From positions 12,817,918-12,881,917 of the forward strand of contig CAVNZM010000001.1 of assembly GCA_963693365.1 (NCBI GenBank): a stretch of DNA of 64,000 nucleotides. The letters are read 5' to 3'. Position numbers and translations under genes: made by a program. The notes below the pieces were generated by a model. That model ran no database searches. It saw nothing but the letters and a program-made list of their open reading frames with translations, and was not told where the DNA came from. Each line of letters opens with the position of its first letter. The first letter of the stretch is position 1. Source of the DNA: Amoebidium appalachense. Lineage: Eukaryota > Protista > Ichthyosporea. Shown here piece after piece: positions 30,873 through 42,582 of this stretch.

Positions 30873-31929
30873 CTGCCTTTTATTTTTAAATTTAATCGAA
30901 TCAACCGGTCCCTTTAAATAATTCTTAACCAGACCTTATTCAGACCAGGCTCCGACGGGCAAAACTTAGATCCGTTCTGAATGAGGCTAAGTCACAACTG
31001 AGGCCATCAAGGCCGTGCCCTCAAAGATCATCATCACCTGGCCCCCTACGATGCCACATTCCAAACATTCCGATCTACTTTTATCGTGCGCCTGCACGAG
31101 CTAAGTCGATCTACTCAACTAATATATTTATCCATGTCTCACCCCTCACCCTCCCCCTAGTGGCACCGCAGAGTCTAAATCTACATTTCATACTATCCTC
31201 CCCCCCCCTCCCTCCCCCCTTTCCTCTACATCTAAATATATAAATACGTTTGGCAACATACACTATCAAACCTTGCCAATACTTACAAAAGGGCTTCTGC
31301 CCGAACAATCACATTCCTAAGTCCTCCTACGATCTATCCTACACTTTAATTAGAATTCTATTGGTCGGCTGTCCCGGCTGACGTGGTCCAATGCCCTGCG
31401 CCGGCAGAGGCAAGATGCACGCAGCTGTACAGCTATCTTGAGGCCCCGGACTTGATCTTGATGATCTGTGGACCCGGGCCACCCCCCCCCCCCCCCCCCC
31501 CCCCCCCCCGATCTCGATCGTAGACTTAGGCTAATCTGCTGAGACGGATTAGTATATGTCAACTCCCCCCCCGGCCCCCGGAAACAATGGCACAGAAACC
31601 CCCTCCGGTGTGTTTAGAACAAACACCGGGTTGGGACAAGAAACACTGAGACCATCCACTTGTGGCTGGGGAACCTCCCCCAACCACAAAACATTCACCC
31701 CATTCATACCTTTGGTAGAGTCACCCCACAAACATACATGCCATACCACCTCGACGCTGTCTTGAGGACCCACGACGATGCCCGGCTCCCACACGTATCG
31801 GGGCGGTGAGGGGGCAAAGGGAAGCTTAACCTGGGGTGGGGGAGGGTGAAGGTTCTCTGCAACCTGGGGGGGACCGATACTGTCCCCCCCCCCTCCCTCA
31901 GTGACCCCAGCTTCCCCCTCCCCCGGAAC

Positions 31930-33257
31930 TCAATAGCTCTTGTAACTACGGCAATATGCAGCAGAGTGCCCTTGCCGGCCACAAAAGTAACATGCACCAA
32001 AGAAGGGGCCAGGGGGGACTTCAAAACCTTGGCGCAAAGCATAACCGGGAGCCCGGTCATGCTGGGGGGGCCCACCGTGTGCACCACGGCCCCCCCTTCC
32101 CCCCTGCCCCCCTCGGCCTCTCTCACCACCATTTCCACCCCTCCCTCTACCCTGCCCACCACCACGAGCATGATAAGGGGCAAACCTCTCGGTGAACTGC
32201 TGCTGTTGTCCTCCACGTCCACCTCGGCCACGACCGCCGTGTCCACCCCGGTCGCCGCCACGGCCACCACGGAAGCCGAAGCCCCAGGCCGTACGGCCTG
32301 GGAGAGCTCGGCAACCTGCTTGACCAACATGGTGGTGCATCTGGCTGTTCACCCTCTTTTTTCTCTTTTTCCCCCTTCGGTCCACTCTCCTTCTTTTTCT
32401 TGTCTACTTCCATCACCTCCTTTTTATCCCTCTTATTGAACTTCACCTCGTGCATGGCAAGCAAGTGACGTTTTAACATGCAACACCACCTCCTCTACAT
32501 CATCATGCTCCCCAAACATGCGTGCAGTGTCTGTGTTTACAGAGAGAGCCTTACGAGCAAACTCGAATTTTTCCCTATCACTCACGTCACCAGCTAACTC
32601 ACAAAGGTCTTCAAAGACCCGATATTCCCTCTCAAAGAATGCACGAGCTTCTACAGGGGACATATCTAAAGTGGGAAAGGTATACTTCCATTCTCTGAGC
32701 TGGGCCCGGAAGGTACGGCGCCGGTCGGCCGTCAGGTATCGGCCGACGAGCCGGGCCGTATACTCGAGCTCGTTTTCCGGCCGTGTGAAGGCCTCGAGCT
32801 CCCCGTCCACGTCGTCGGTGCTGTTCTCGTCCTCGTCGTCGGGGATGAATCGTGCGGCCAGACGTTTCTGGCCGAGGGTCCGGGACACCATCTCGTCCCT
32901 CCCCGCGTCGTACTGCTACTCGTATATACGAGCCGTCACCTGGGGGGCCTGCTCGGCCCGGTACGGGTGCTCCTCCATCAGGGTGCATAAGTCGGCCATT
33001 GTTTTGTGGTCGATGCACTGTTTGATCATTAAGCACGAGGCCGCCACAGTGGGGGCCTTCTTTGTGTCTAACACTAGTGTGGGTGTGTTAGCTAGGAGTG
33101 TCCTAAGCCACCTAGGGATTTCCGAGTCGTGTTTGAGTGTAAAACTGAAAGCTGTGGTCTGTCTAACGTCTAGTGTATGAACCTGTGGTACCTGTGTGTG
33201 CAGGGAGCTATCCTCCGCTGCCAATGCGTAGAACATGTCTACGTTAAACTTAGCCAT
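31930..33257 (-). pseudogene. Gypsy gag with CCHC zinc knuckle (frameshifted)
   Basis: ATG at 33257 downstream of the 5' LTR; RGG-rich region; CYFCGRQGHSAAYC; TGA at 31932-31930. Confidence 0.85.
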
Positions 33258-35898
33258 TGTGTGGTGTTCGGGTGGTTGTGTTTATGTTTTTTTTTTTTTT
33301 TTTTTTTTTTTCTGTGTGTTTGAGGTGTAGCAACAGCCCAGAAGGAACTGTCACCGCGTTACCCTAGCGCGAAAAACCGCACTAAAAGAAAGGTGTAGCT
33401 TGTCGTATCCTATTGTGTATGTACTAGAGACGCGGCACTCTACTAAGTGTACACACACGAAAAGGAACGAACGTGTACGGAAAAACGGTAAAGTTTATTC
33501 AGACCAGGCTCCGACGGGCAAAACTTAGATCCGTACGGAATGAGGCTAAGTCACAACTGAGGCCATCAAGGCCGTGCCCTCAAAGATCATCATCACCTGG
33601 CCCCCTACGATGCCACATTCCAAACATTCCGATCTACTTATCGTGCGCCTGCACGAGCTAAGTCGATCTACTCAACTATTATCCATGTCTCACCCCTCAC
33701 CCTCCCCCTAGTGGCACCGCAGAGTCTAAATCTACATTTCATACTATCCTCCCCCCCCCTCCCTCCCCCCCTTTCCTCTACATCTAAATATATAAATACG
33801 TTTGGCAACATACACTATCAAACCTTGCCAATACTTACAAAAGGGCTTCTGCCCGAACAATCACATTCCTAAGTTCTCCTACGATCTATCCTACACCCTA
33901 ATTAGAATTCTATTGGTCGGCTGTCTCGGCTGACGTGGTCCAATGCCCTGCGCCGGCAGAGGCAAGATGCACGCAGCTGTACAGCTATCTTGAGGCCCCG
34001 GACTTGATCTTGATGATCTGTGGACCCCCCCCCCCCCCCCCCCCCCCCCCGATCTCGATCGTAGACTTAGGCTAATCTGCTGAGACGGATTAGTATATGT
34101 CACTGTTGACAGCTTTGTGGCCGCTGTCAAGCGCCTTCGCGAACGGTGCCGTCCCCGTCCTCTCAACCCATGGCATGCCACGTCAGGACCAAGCCCGTGC
34201 TCACTCTCCCGCTTTCAAACCCGTCTACGTCACCCTTGCTCGCGGCCCCATCTCGCAGATCAAGCAAGATTTTCGGGCAATTCGTGTGCGTACCAGCAAA
34301 ATTCGCAATTATTCCTTCATCGGCGGCCGTGTGCTTGAGCTTCTTGTTGAGGAGGACTACCAGGCTGACTTGTGCACCAAGCTGCGCAACCTTCTGCACC
34401 TCGAAATTCTGGACTCGGCGGCTTTTCAGCCTAATGCGCTTGGTAACATTCGACAACAGAAATTTATGGACGCCGGCAAAACCGCTGTGGACATGCTTCG
34501 CGGGCGGTTGCAGAAACAGATGGCCTTTTTCGAGCGGGCGGACGGATCCCCCCGCCATGTGACTGCGTCCCAGGAGGTGGCGGCTTTTTATCGGAGGTGG
34601 CGGCTTTTTATCGTGCGTGGTTGGATCGGATTGGCGCACCGCAGGCAGCTGCCGGAAATTAAATGGCTCAACAATCTCAACCTCTTTCTTTTTTGTTTTG
34701 GAATGTTCATGGTTTACAATCCCCGCAATTGCAATACATTTTCGACTCTGTTCGTGCCTATTCTTTTGTTGTTCTTGCCGAGACATGGTTCTATAATCAT
34801 CCTCATTTGGAGCAATCCCGTTGATTGGGTCTTCGTCATCGACTGGTTTCTCCCGAGGCGGCATCGCGGTTTTAGCCAATCCTAGCATTCGTTCGGATTG
34901 CAGGGTCATTGCGGCGCATGAGTATTTCGTCACCATTCAGTTTCGTGCTTGGACTTTTGTCTTTCGTGTACTTTCCTCCATCGTCTAGTAGGTACTGACA
35001 CTTTGTCAGCCGTGGTTAACCAAATTCCCGTTTCTCAAGTTTTTATTGGTGACTTCAATTGTCCAGTGGTTCCGTGTGATAGGGAACATACCCCGTCCCC
35101 AGCACAGTTTCGTCCTTTTTCTGACCGTGCTCGTGTCCTCGCCAACCTTCTTCGAAAGCACCTTGTCTGTCTTCCTCGTGTTTTCGCTAACCACGCGACT
35201 GACTGGGGTGCCTCGTTTTGGGACTCCACCCTTCGAGTTATTTCCCCACCCGATTCCTTACGGCGTAGTTCGGACCATTCCCCTGTAAAATTTTCGGTTT
35301 CCTTCCCTGTTCACTTCGGCGGGGCTACTCAGACTAACCGCCGCCTCTTATCTCGCGGTTTCAAGGTGGCACAAGTTAAACCAGTTACTCGCTGTCAAGG
35401 AGTATGAGTCGGTTCATGGCTTCTTTCTTGCCGCATGCGCAGTGCGCGACGCCCGTGCGCAGCGGAACCCGGCTATTTTGGAGGTTTGTTATAATGAGTT
35501 TGTTGAGTTCCTATTTGCCCTTGGCGAGCAGGTGGTGGGCACGGTTGAGTACCCTTCCGTTCGGCTGAGACAGTCTCACGTTTTGCAGTCCCTACGATAG
35601 TTATTGCCTCTACAGGAAGCATTATCGGTCTGGAAATCCGCCGGTCGGTTTGGGCCTTCCGTGCAAGTCTATGCCCCGTCTCCTTCCATCTCCGTCGCTG
35701 AATCCGTCGATGACTATTATGCTTCCCTATTTTCGCTTCCTAACGTGTCCACGGTTCCATCACCGCCCGCTGGCCTCTCCCAGCCGCCGAGTTGGGAGCC
35801 GGACCGATCGTTCCCGGGCACTTTTCATAGTTATTTCAACTCTTTGGCTGTTTTTGGTGCTTTACGGGCGTTAAAACCCCGCAAGGCGTGCGGGCCGG

Positions 35899-37878
35899 AT
35901 GCTCTTCCTCCCGTGCTTTTCAAGGTTCTTTCTCCCGTGCTTCCGTCCCGTAATCGTGCAGAGTCCCCCCCCGCCCCCGCCTTTTGCTGTCCTTCTTAGT
36001 GAGTTTTTTTCGATTTTTTTCGAACTCGGGTTTATTCCAAATTCGTGGCTTGGCACAATCGTTACGCCCGTTCGTAAGAAGGTATCGCAGGGGGTCATTA
36101 ACGACTTTCGTCCCGTCACACTTACCAACGTTTTTCGTCGGCTCTTCGAGGGTTGCATGCTTCGCGCGTTTAACACCGACGATTCTTTAAACGCCGTGTT
36201 CCGTCTTTCTTCCCTTCAAGGGGGCTTTCGTCATGCCTATTCGTGTTATACTCACAGTCTGTTACTCCATGAATCCATTACTTCTGGCTCTCCACACGTT
36301 GTCTTCATCGACCTTAAGAACGCCTACGACACCGTACCCACTGGTTTGTTATGGCATAAGCTGGCTATGCGGGGGTTACCAGCCCCCTTTGGCCGTCTTC
36401 TGCAAGCGTTGTTCGATACCACTCGCGGACGAGCGGCGGTCAATGGAACATTAACACCCGGTTTTTCCCGTTCCCGGGGTCTTCTGCAGGGGTCCCTCCT
36501 GAGTCCGTTGTTGTTTGACGTTTTCATTGACGATTTAGCCTGCGCCCTCGAACCCTTTGGCCAACTGCATACCCGCCGTGTACCGGGTCTCCTTTTTGCG
36601 GACGATATTGTTCTTTGTTCCTTAACCGAAGATGTCATGCACCAGATGCTTCGTCAGGTGGATCAATGGTGCACCGAGAATCTCATTACAGTCGGAATTG
36701 CAAAGTGTGCTACTTTTTCGAAGAACACTTCCTTTCGATTGGCCGGTCTTCCTATTCCTGTTCAGAGCACCTATGACTATTTGGGTATTCCTTTTACTGC
36801 ACGGGGTATTGATTTTCGCAAGCTCCTCACGGCACGGATCGCTCGTGCGAAGGGTAAGCTTCACATCGTGTCAAATATGTTTCAACGGGAGTCTGTGATC
36901 CATCCTGCGAACCTTCTTCTCTACTATAAAACTTTTTTACCGCCGACTTTCGAATATGGACTTCCGCTATTGGCCTGCGCCCCATCTCGCGAGGCGGCCA
37001 TCATGATGGCGCTGAACGAGTTCGACGATTTTCAGGGTACTGCGCTGCGCACTTTGTTTCGTACTCGGTTTGTGCCTCCCTTAATCAGTATGTTTGGATT
37101 GTCGTCTGCTGTTTGTCGTATGGAGGAATTGTCTCTTCGTTTTTGTTTTCATTTAGTTAGGCTACCTGATGGTCACCCTCTTTATGCTTTCTTTCCCTCC
37201 CCTCCCTCCATCCCTCTTCCCCCCCGATTCACCAACGCTACTTCTGAATGTCCTCAGCCTACCCTCTTTCAACCTGATTCTTCCTCTCGCTATCTCACTC
37301 CCTCTTTCTTTTCTCTTCCTGTTTTTTCTGCCTTTTCGCGTTATTACCATACGCAGTATAAGTTTCTTTCTCGTTCTGATAGAGAAATCAAAGGTAAAAC
37401 TCAGTTGGCATGTGTTATGTTCCTTAGGCAACACCGTACTGATCATTATCGCTTTTTGGGAGCGGCTTTGGCAGGATACATTTCTCCTGCTGTACGTATG
37501 GATACCACCCTAGTAGATAAGTCTGTATGGTGCTCTGATGTTGATATTGCCTGGGAAGTTGTGCAGTGGCGCTGTAATTCTTGTTTTCATCGCCGCTGGT
37601 GCCACTTTTGTGCTGACCTTTTTAATCGCAAGCATGTTGATAGGTGTGAGTTTTTATGTCGCGTTTTACCTCTTTCCCTACGGGTGTCTGCTACACTAGC
37701 TGGCAATGTGAACACTTTAAACTTTTTGTTGAATTCTGTTGGTCGTCACATTGAGTATTTATGTGATTTTCACACAGTGTTCAGGTATCTCAGTATGCAC
37801 TTGTTACTGGATAACTCGCGAAGTTTTTATTGTCTTCTCAGTATGCCGTGCATACTTGCATATCTTTCCGTCGAATAA
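35899..37878 (+). CDS. LINE A ORF2 reverse transcriptase and C-terminal Cys/His region (largest open segment)
   Basis: NDFRPVTL, QGGFR, FIDLKNAYDTV, GLLQGSLLSPLLF, LLFADDIVL, YDYLGIPF, CHFCADLFNRKHVDRC. Confidence 0.93.
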   Translation: MLFLPCFSRFFLPCFRPVIVQSPPPPPPFAVLLSEFFSIFFELGFIPNSWLGTIVTPVRKKVSQGVINDFRPVTLTNVFRRLFEGCMLRAFNTDDSLNAVFRLSSLQGGFRHAYSCYTHSLLLHESITSGSPHVVFIDLKNAYDTVPTGLLWHKLAMRGLPAPFGRLLQALFDTTRGRAAVNGTLTPGFSRSRGLLQGSLLSPLLFDVFIDDLACALEPFGQLHTRRVPGLLFADDIVLCSLTEDVMHQMLRQVDQWCTENLITVGIAKCATFSKNTSFRLAGLPIPVQSTYDYLGIPFTARGIDFRKLLTARIARAKGKLHIVSNMFQRESVIHPANLLLYYKTFLPPTFEYGLPLLACAPSREAAIMMALNEFDDFQGTALRTLFRTRFVPPLISMFGLSSAVCRMEELSLRFCFHLVRLPDGHPLYAFFPSPPSIPLPPRFTNATSECPQPTLFQPDSSSRYLTPSFFSLPVFSAFSRYYHTQYKFLSRSDREIKGKTQLACVMFLRQHRTDHYRFLGAALAGYISPAVRMDTTLVDKSVWCSDVDIAWEVVQWRCNSCFHRRWCHFCADLFNRKHVDRCEFLCRVLPLSLRVSATLAGNVNTLNFLLNSVGRHIEYLCDFHTVFRYLSMHLLLDNSRSFYCLLSMPCILAYLSVE

Positions 37879-38614
37879 ATCCAGTCAAAAGAAAAAAAAA
37901 AGTTTTAATTGTCTTCTCAGTATGCCGTGCATACTTGCATATCTTTCCGTCGAATAAATCCAGTCAAAAGAAAATAATTTCGGCAGTGGCCAGTTTATGT
38001 AGGGTCACCAGCGCATGGCAAAAAGTCGGAAAATGCCCCTAACCAAAATCCTAATTTCACAGCCTGCTGCAGTGCGAGATTCAAGTACAGGGTCTTTACA
38101 CACTTTTTATTGCGTGGACACTGCCGGAGGCCCAGCCACATTCGACGGCCTACTGCGTTTTCCAGCACAGCCAATCAAATGCGGCCAGTGACATATGTAC
38201 ATGCTAGGCAACAATGAGCGCCATCGTAGTATCTGACACCCCTATTACATATGATGGGTAAGCAGATGCTAGCATCGGTAGCTCCGAAAGAAAGTTAAGG
38301 CACCGGATCACAATATCATACTGTGCAGCATTAATAAGGTGACTCGATAGTCATCTTAAAACGGATATATTGAGGAAGAGAGGAAGAAAAGAGAATAAAA
38401 CCGCCAATAACCTCCGGTTCTAATACATTAGCTAACAGGTTGCATTTATTGATAAGGGTGAAATTCAAACCCCGACGAGCCCTGGCCAGTTGGCGCACTG
38501 TTGCGTAACCCTGTTTGGCCCAGTAGGCCACGGCTGCAGCTGGCAGTCATATACGCACTTACCTACGTGGGCCTATAAAAACGAGGTCAGCAAACGTACG
38601 TGCGCGCCGCAACC

Positions 38615-39010
38615 ATGGCCCTTGCGCGCACAGTGCTACAGCCCTCCCTGGGTTTTGCTGCCGGGCGGGGGACCACGACCAAGTTCGCCACACGGGCAGG
38701 GGCGGAGGGGACACTTGGAGCAGTGGCGGTGGGCCGGCGGCTGACGGTAGCAGCAGGCGAAAGGGCAGGGCAGGCACAGGCACAGAGGTGAGTCACAGGC
38801 AAGGGGGTGGAGGGGGCTGGAGGCTGCGGGCGTAGACTGACGGGGGGGGGGGGGGCAGGGAGCTGAGGCAGCAGCTGCTGGACACGGCCGTAGGGTTGGT
38901 GCCTCAGTATGGGTGGACAGTGCTGTGCCTGGGCAAGGTACTGCACCACACGGATAGAGGCACACACAGACACACACGGCATGCATGTGCTCTCACAAAA
39001 CACACCGCCC

Positions 39011-39101
<91 letters not shown>

Positions 39102-39201
39102 CCCCCTCCCCCCCCCCCTCCCCTACCCCCCTCCCCAAAATACACATACACGCACACACGCACACGCACATGCACATGCACACAAGTGCACAAACCCACG
39201 G

Positions 39202-39277
<76 letters not shown>

Positions 39278-39420
39278 GAGAAAGCGCACGCAAGTATACA
39301 CACAACACGCGCACCCTCGTGTGCGCGCAACCCCACAACCACACGAGCACGTGCACACACAGGCTCACAAACACAAACACAAACACTGATGCGGAAACCA
39401 GCAGCTTCACCTTAAGCTGA

Positions 39421-39459
<39 letters not shown>

Positions 39460-40258
39460 AACACATATACGTGTGTCACACGTGCACACCCCTCAGGCTG
39501 CTGAGGCTGTGGGGCTCAACCCTATGGCCCACGGTTTGTGCCCGGACGGCCCCGTGGCTCTGGTGGAGGTGGGTGCCTCCCTCCCCCCCCCCCCCCCCCC
39601 CCCCCCACCCGCCTTTCCCCCCTTCCCCCCCCCCCCCCCCCCCGCTCACGTGCCTGTGCTGACTGTGTTTGCAGCACTTCCTGCAGACCAGCAGACGACA
39701 GACGGCACAGCAGCTGGAGGCCATGCCCCTGGACGGGTGTGCGCACGTGTGCTGTGTGTGTGTGGGTGTGTGTGTGTTTGGGGGGGCGTTGTCTGCTGAC
39801 GAGTGGTTGCAGGCTGGGTGTGGGCCAGCGGGTGCGCACGGGCATAGTCACACGGCTGCAGCACACCATGCCCCTGGCTGCACAGTGGCCCCAGGTCGGG
39901 ATCCCTTCTTGCTTACCCCCCCCCAACCCCACCCCCCACCCCCCTTCCCCTCCCTCTACCCTCCCCATCTCCTTTTCTCCTTTTTTTTTTGTGTGTGTGT
40001 GGGTGGGTGGGGGGTGTGGAGGGGGAGGTTGCCGGGGTTGTGGCAAGCATGTGGTGGCGAATGCGTGTGCTGACAGGGTGTGCAGGCGCTTGCAGTGATG
40101 GGTAGCAGTGGGCACGGCAGGCTGGTGCTGGCGGGGGAGTTGGCAGCGCTGGCAGACGAGCTGTGGCACCAGGCCGGAGACACGGCCACAGATGTAAGGG
40201 GGGGGGGGGGGGGGGGGGGATTCTCTCTTTTTCTTTTTGGTGTGTTGTGTGTGTGTGT

Positions 40259-40307
<49 letters not shown>

Positions 40308-40711
40308 CTGGCTCGGGGGGGGGGGGGGGAGGAGGGGGGCTGTTGCTCAGGGGGGAGGGGGAGGGGAAGGGGAGGGGGGCTGATTTTTTGGGGGAGGGGA
40401 CAAAGAGCGAGTATGGAGGGCCTGATTTGGGAGGGAGGGGATGGGGGGGATGGAGGGGCGGTTAGGGGAGGGCGAGGGGAGGAGAGAGTTGACAGAGCTG
40501 GGAGTGGGCTGATCGGGGGCGGTTGGGGGGGAGGAGGGGGGGGGGGGGGGGGGGTAGAGAAGATGTTGGGGAGGGGTAGTTTAGAGGATGGCACCTAGAT
40601 CGAGATTGTTGAGGGTGCTGACTGTGGGGCTGCAGTTTGGCTGGTACACAAAGCGGGTGGCCCTGATGGGTGTCTACAGCAGCACAGGTGCGTGCCTGCC
40701 TGCCTGCCTGT

Positions 40712-40750
<39 letters not shown>

Positions 40751-40974
40751 CTTGCCTGCCTGCCTGCCTGCCTGGGTGGGTGGTGTGGTTGGGGGCCTGA
40801 CGGTGGGGTGCAGAGCTATTTCTAGCGCAGGACCAGTCTGCAGGGTTCGAAGCCACACTGCAGTTCCTGGACCGCAGGCTGGCTGACGTGGCCGGCCTGG
40901 GCAGTCTGCGCTCACAGGTGCGCACGGGCATGGAGAGGGGGGTAGGCTGGCCATGTGGGGTGTGGGCTGGGGGG

Positions 40975-41016
<42 letters not shown>

Positions 41017-41103
41017 CTGGCACTGACGTTGGCTGCAGGTCGAGCAGACGGCAGGCACTTTGGTCGGGGTGGCCGGCAGCCTGGCTTATACGGTAGGGGT
41101 GTG

Positions 41104-41147
<44 letters not shown>

Positions 41148-41228
41148 TGTGTTTGGGGGGGAGGGGGGGAGGGGGCTTTTATACTGACACCCTCCCAGAC
41201 CAGGGCGCTTGCTGGGTGGCAGCGATAG
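38615..41228 (+). CDS. COQ9: Ubiquinone biosynthesis protein COQ9, ~10 exons
   Basis: Transit-peptide-like N-terminus; LLDTAVGLVPQYGWT, AHGLCPDGPVALVE|HF, VTRLQHTMP..WPQ|ALA, LADELWHQAGDTATD|FGWYTKRVALMGVYSST|ELFLAQDQS..TLQFLDRRLADV. Confidence 0.93.
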
Positions 41229-42582
41229 CAGCGGGCCAGAGAGAGGACACGGTGGGAGGGGTGGGGGCCTGCAGGGCAATCTATGTGGATGTATGCTATG
41301 TCGGGTTGATGTGAGGGGGCATAACACGTGCAAGACAGTGATTATATGTAACATACTTGTGAAGGACTAGTGTATATGCGTACAGTACACACACCATGCA
41401 ATATAGATCAAAGTGAAAATAACACATCTTCTATTAGTAAGGATTTTGAAACAACAGCATATCATTCATATACATTCAATTAATTTACGTATGTACGTGC
41501 GCCACCAGGCACATGAATGTGTGCAAACAAGTGAGCGCAGCACTGTGCTACAATACATTGCCTTTGAGGGTAGGCTGACCACACCTCTGCGTGTGCATGG
41601 GTTTCCCTAATTGGGTCCCCCACCTTTATCCCCAGTGCTTTTAGATGCCATACGGTAACTTTCGAAGTTATCACACTTTGCGCCGGCAGGCAACGGCATG
41701 CACTGACTAGTATAAAGATTGCTTTCAAAGAGAAGAGCTCCCCCAGGTAATTTGTTCCCGTGGGTACGTGTATTTGTTGATGGTTGCTATGAGCCATGTT
41801 AAGTTAAGGTCAGAAGCGCGGTTAGAGGACAAAAAGCCGCCGACGGTGGACGCCAAACCTGTTGCTCTCATAATCTTTTACACCATATTCTTGGTGCGCT
41901 GTGCATTTAAAGTGGTGGATTTAATTTTTTCATGGTAAATGTCAACTTCCTCAACTATTTTAAAGGCACAATATCAAGCATGTTCTCTGTCGCTGGAAGG
42001 TGGGTAACTTTGAAGGACACCCACACTAATTGAGTAATTCCGTGGATAGGTGACGGGTAACTTTACGCACCCTCCCGGCACTGGGGCTAAGCACGCAGCC
42101 TGGTCGAGAGGCCTATGTGGGTGGGAGGGCTGTGTGCTGTGGGCCCACGCTGCTGGCTGCCTGTGGGTGCCTGCCAGTCGTGCTGCTCTGCCACATTGGC
42201 CAGGCCCATGGCCTGCACGTGCCATGCTGGGCCCTTCCCCGTGGCCCAGCCATTGCTCCAATTCTGCGGCCATATTGCAACAGGTGTACAGAGCCCCATG
42301 GTTGGGTCGAGCCACCACTGCAGCACACACACATATACACACACACTCACTCACTCACTCACACACACATCATGTACCACAAAACACGCACACAATATGT
42401 GGCCCATGTAGTCTGCATAGGAAGGCACTTGCAAGGGCCATGTGGCTGTGGCTATCTCAACAAGGGGCACGGGGTGTGCCTGGGTCAACATGACACGTGT
42501 CTACGTGTGCCACCAATGTTATGGCTGTGGCTGCATGTAACTTATTAGTGTGGGGGTGGGCCACACTTGCACGGGTGCTCGT

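Larger units (their letters stand above)
28312..34102 (-). mobile_element. Ty3/gypsy chromodomain LTR retrotransposon, RT-less, with three LTR copies
   Basis: LTRs 33401-34102 and 28312-29033 (TG..CA); 5-bp TSD CTGTT at 28307-28311 and 34103-34107; PPT next to 29034; internal partial LTR 30936-31561. Confidence 0.95.
27639..37974 (+). mobile_element. LINE family A copy 2, near full length (ORF1, APE, RT), interrupted by the gypsy element
   Basis: ORF1 27737-28311 resumes at 34108; ORF2 ATG at ~34663; 3' end has AATAAA and an A-rich tail, duplicated. Confidence 0.93.
26716..38066. mobile_element. Non-autonomous TIR DNA transposon (hAT-like ends) inflated by nested retroelements
   Basis: 17-bp TIR CAGGCTGTGAAATTAGG (26716) / CCTAATTTCACAGCCTG (38050-38066); subterminal AAAATGCCCCT near both ends; no matching TSD seen. 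Confidence 0.7.

Noticed and set aside
34097-34885. ORF with an apparent transmembrane C-terminus
   Set aside because: LINE A ORF1 shifted out of frame by a 20-bp duplication and running over ORF2
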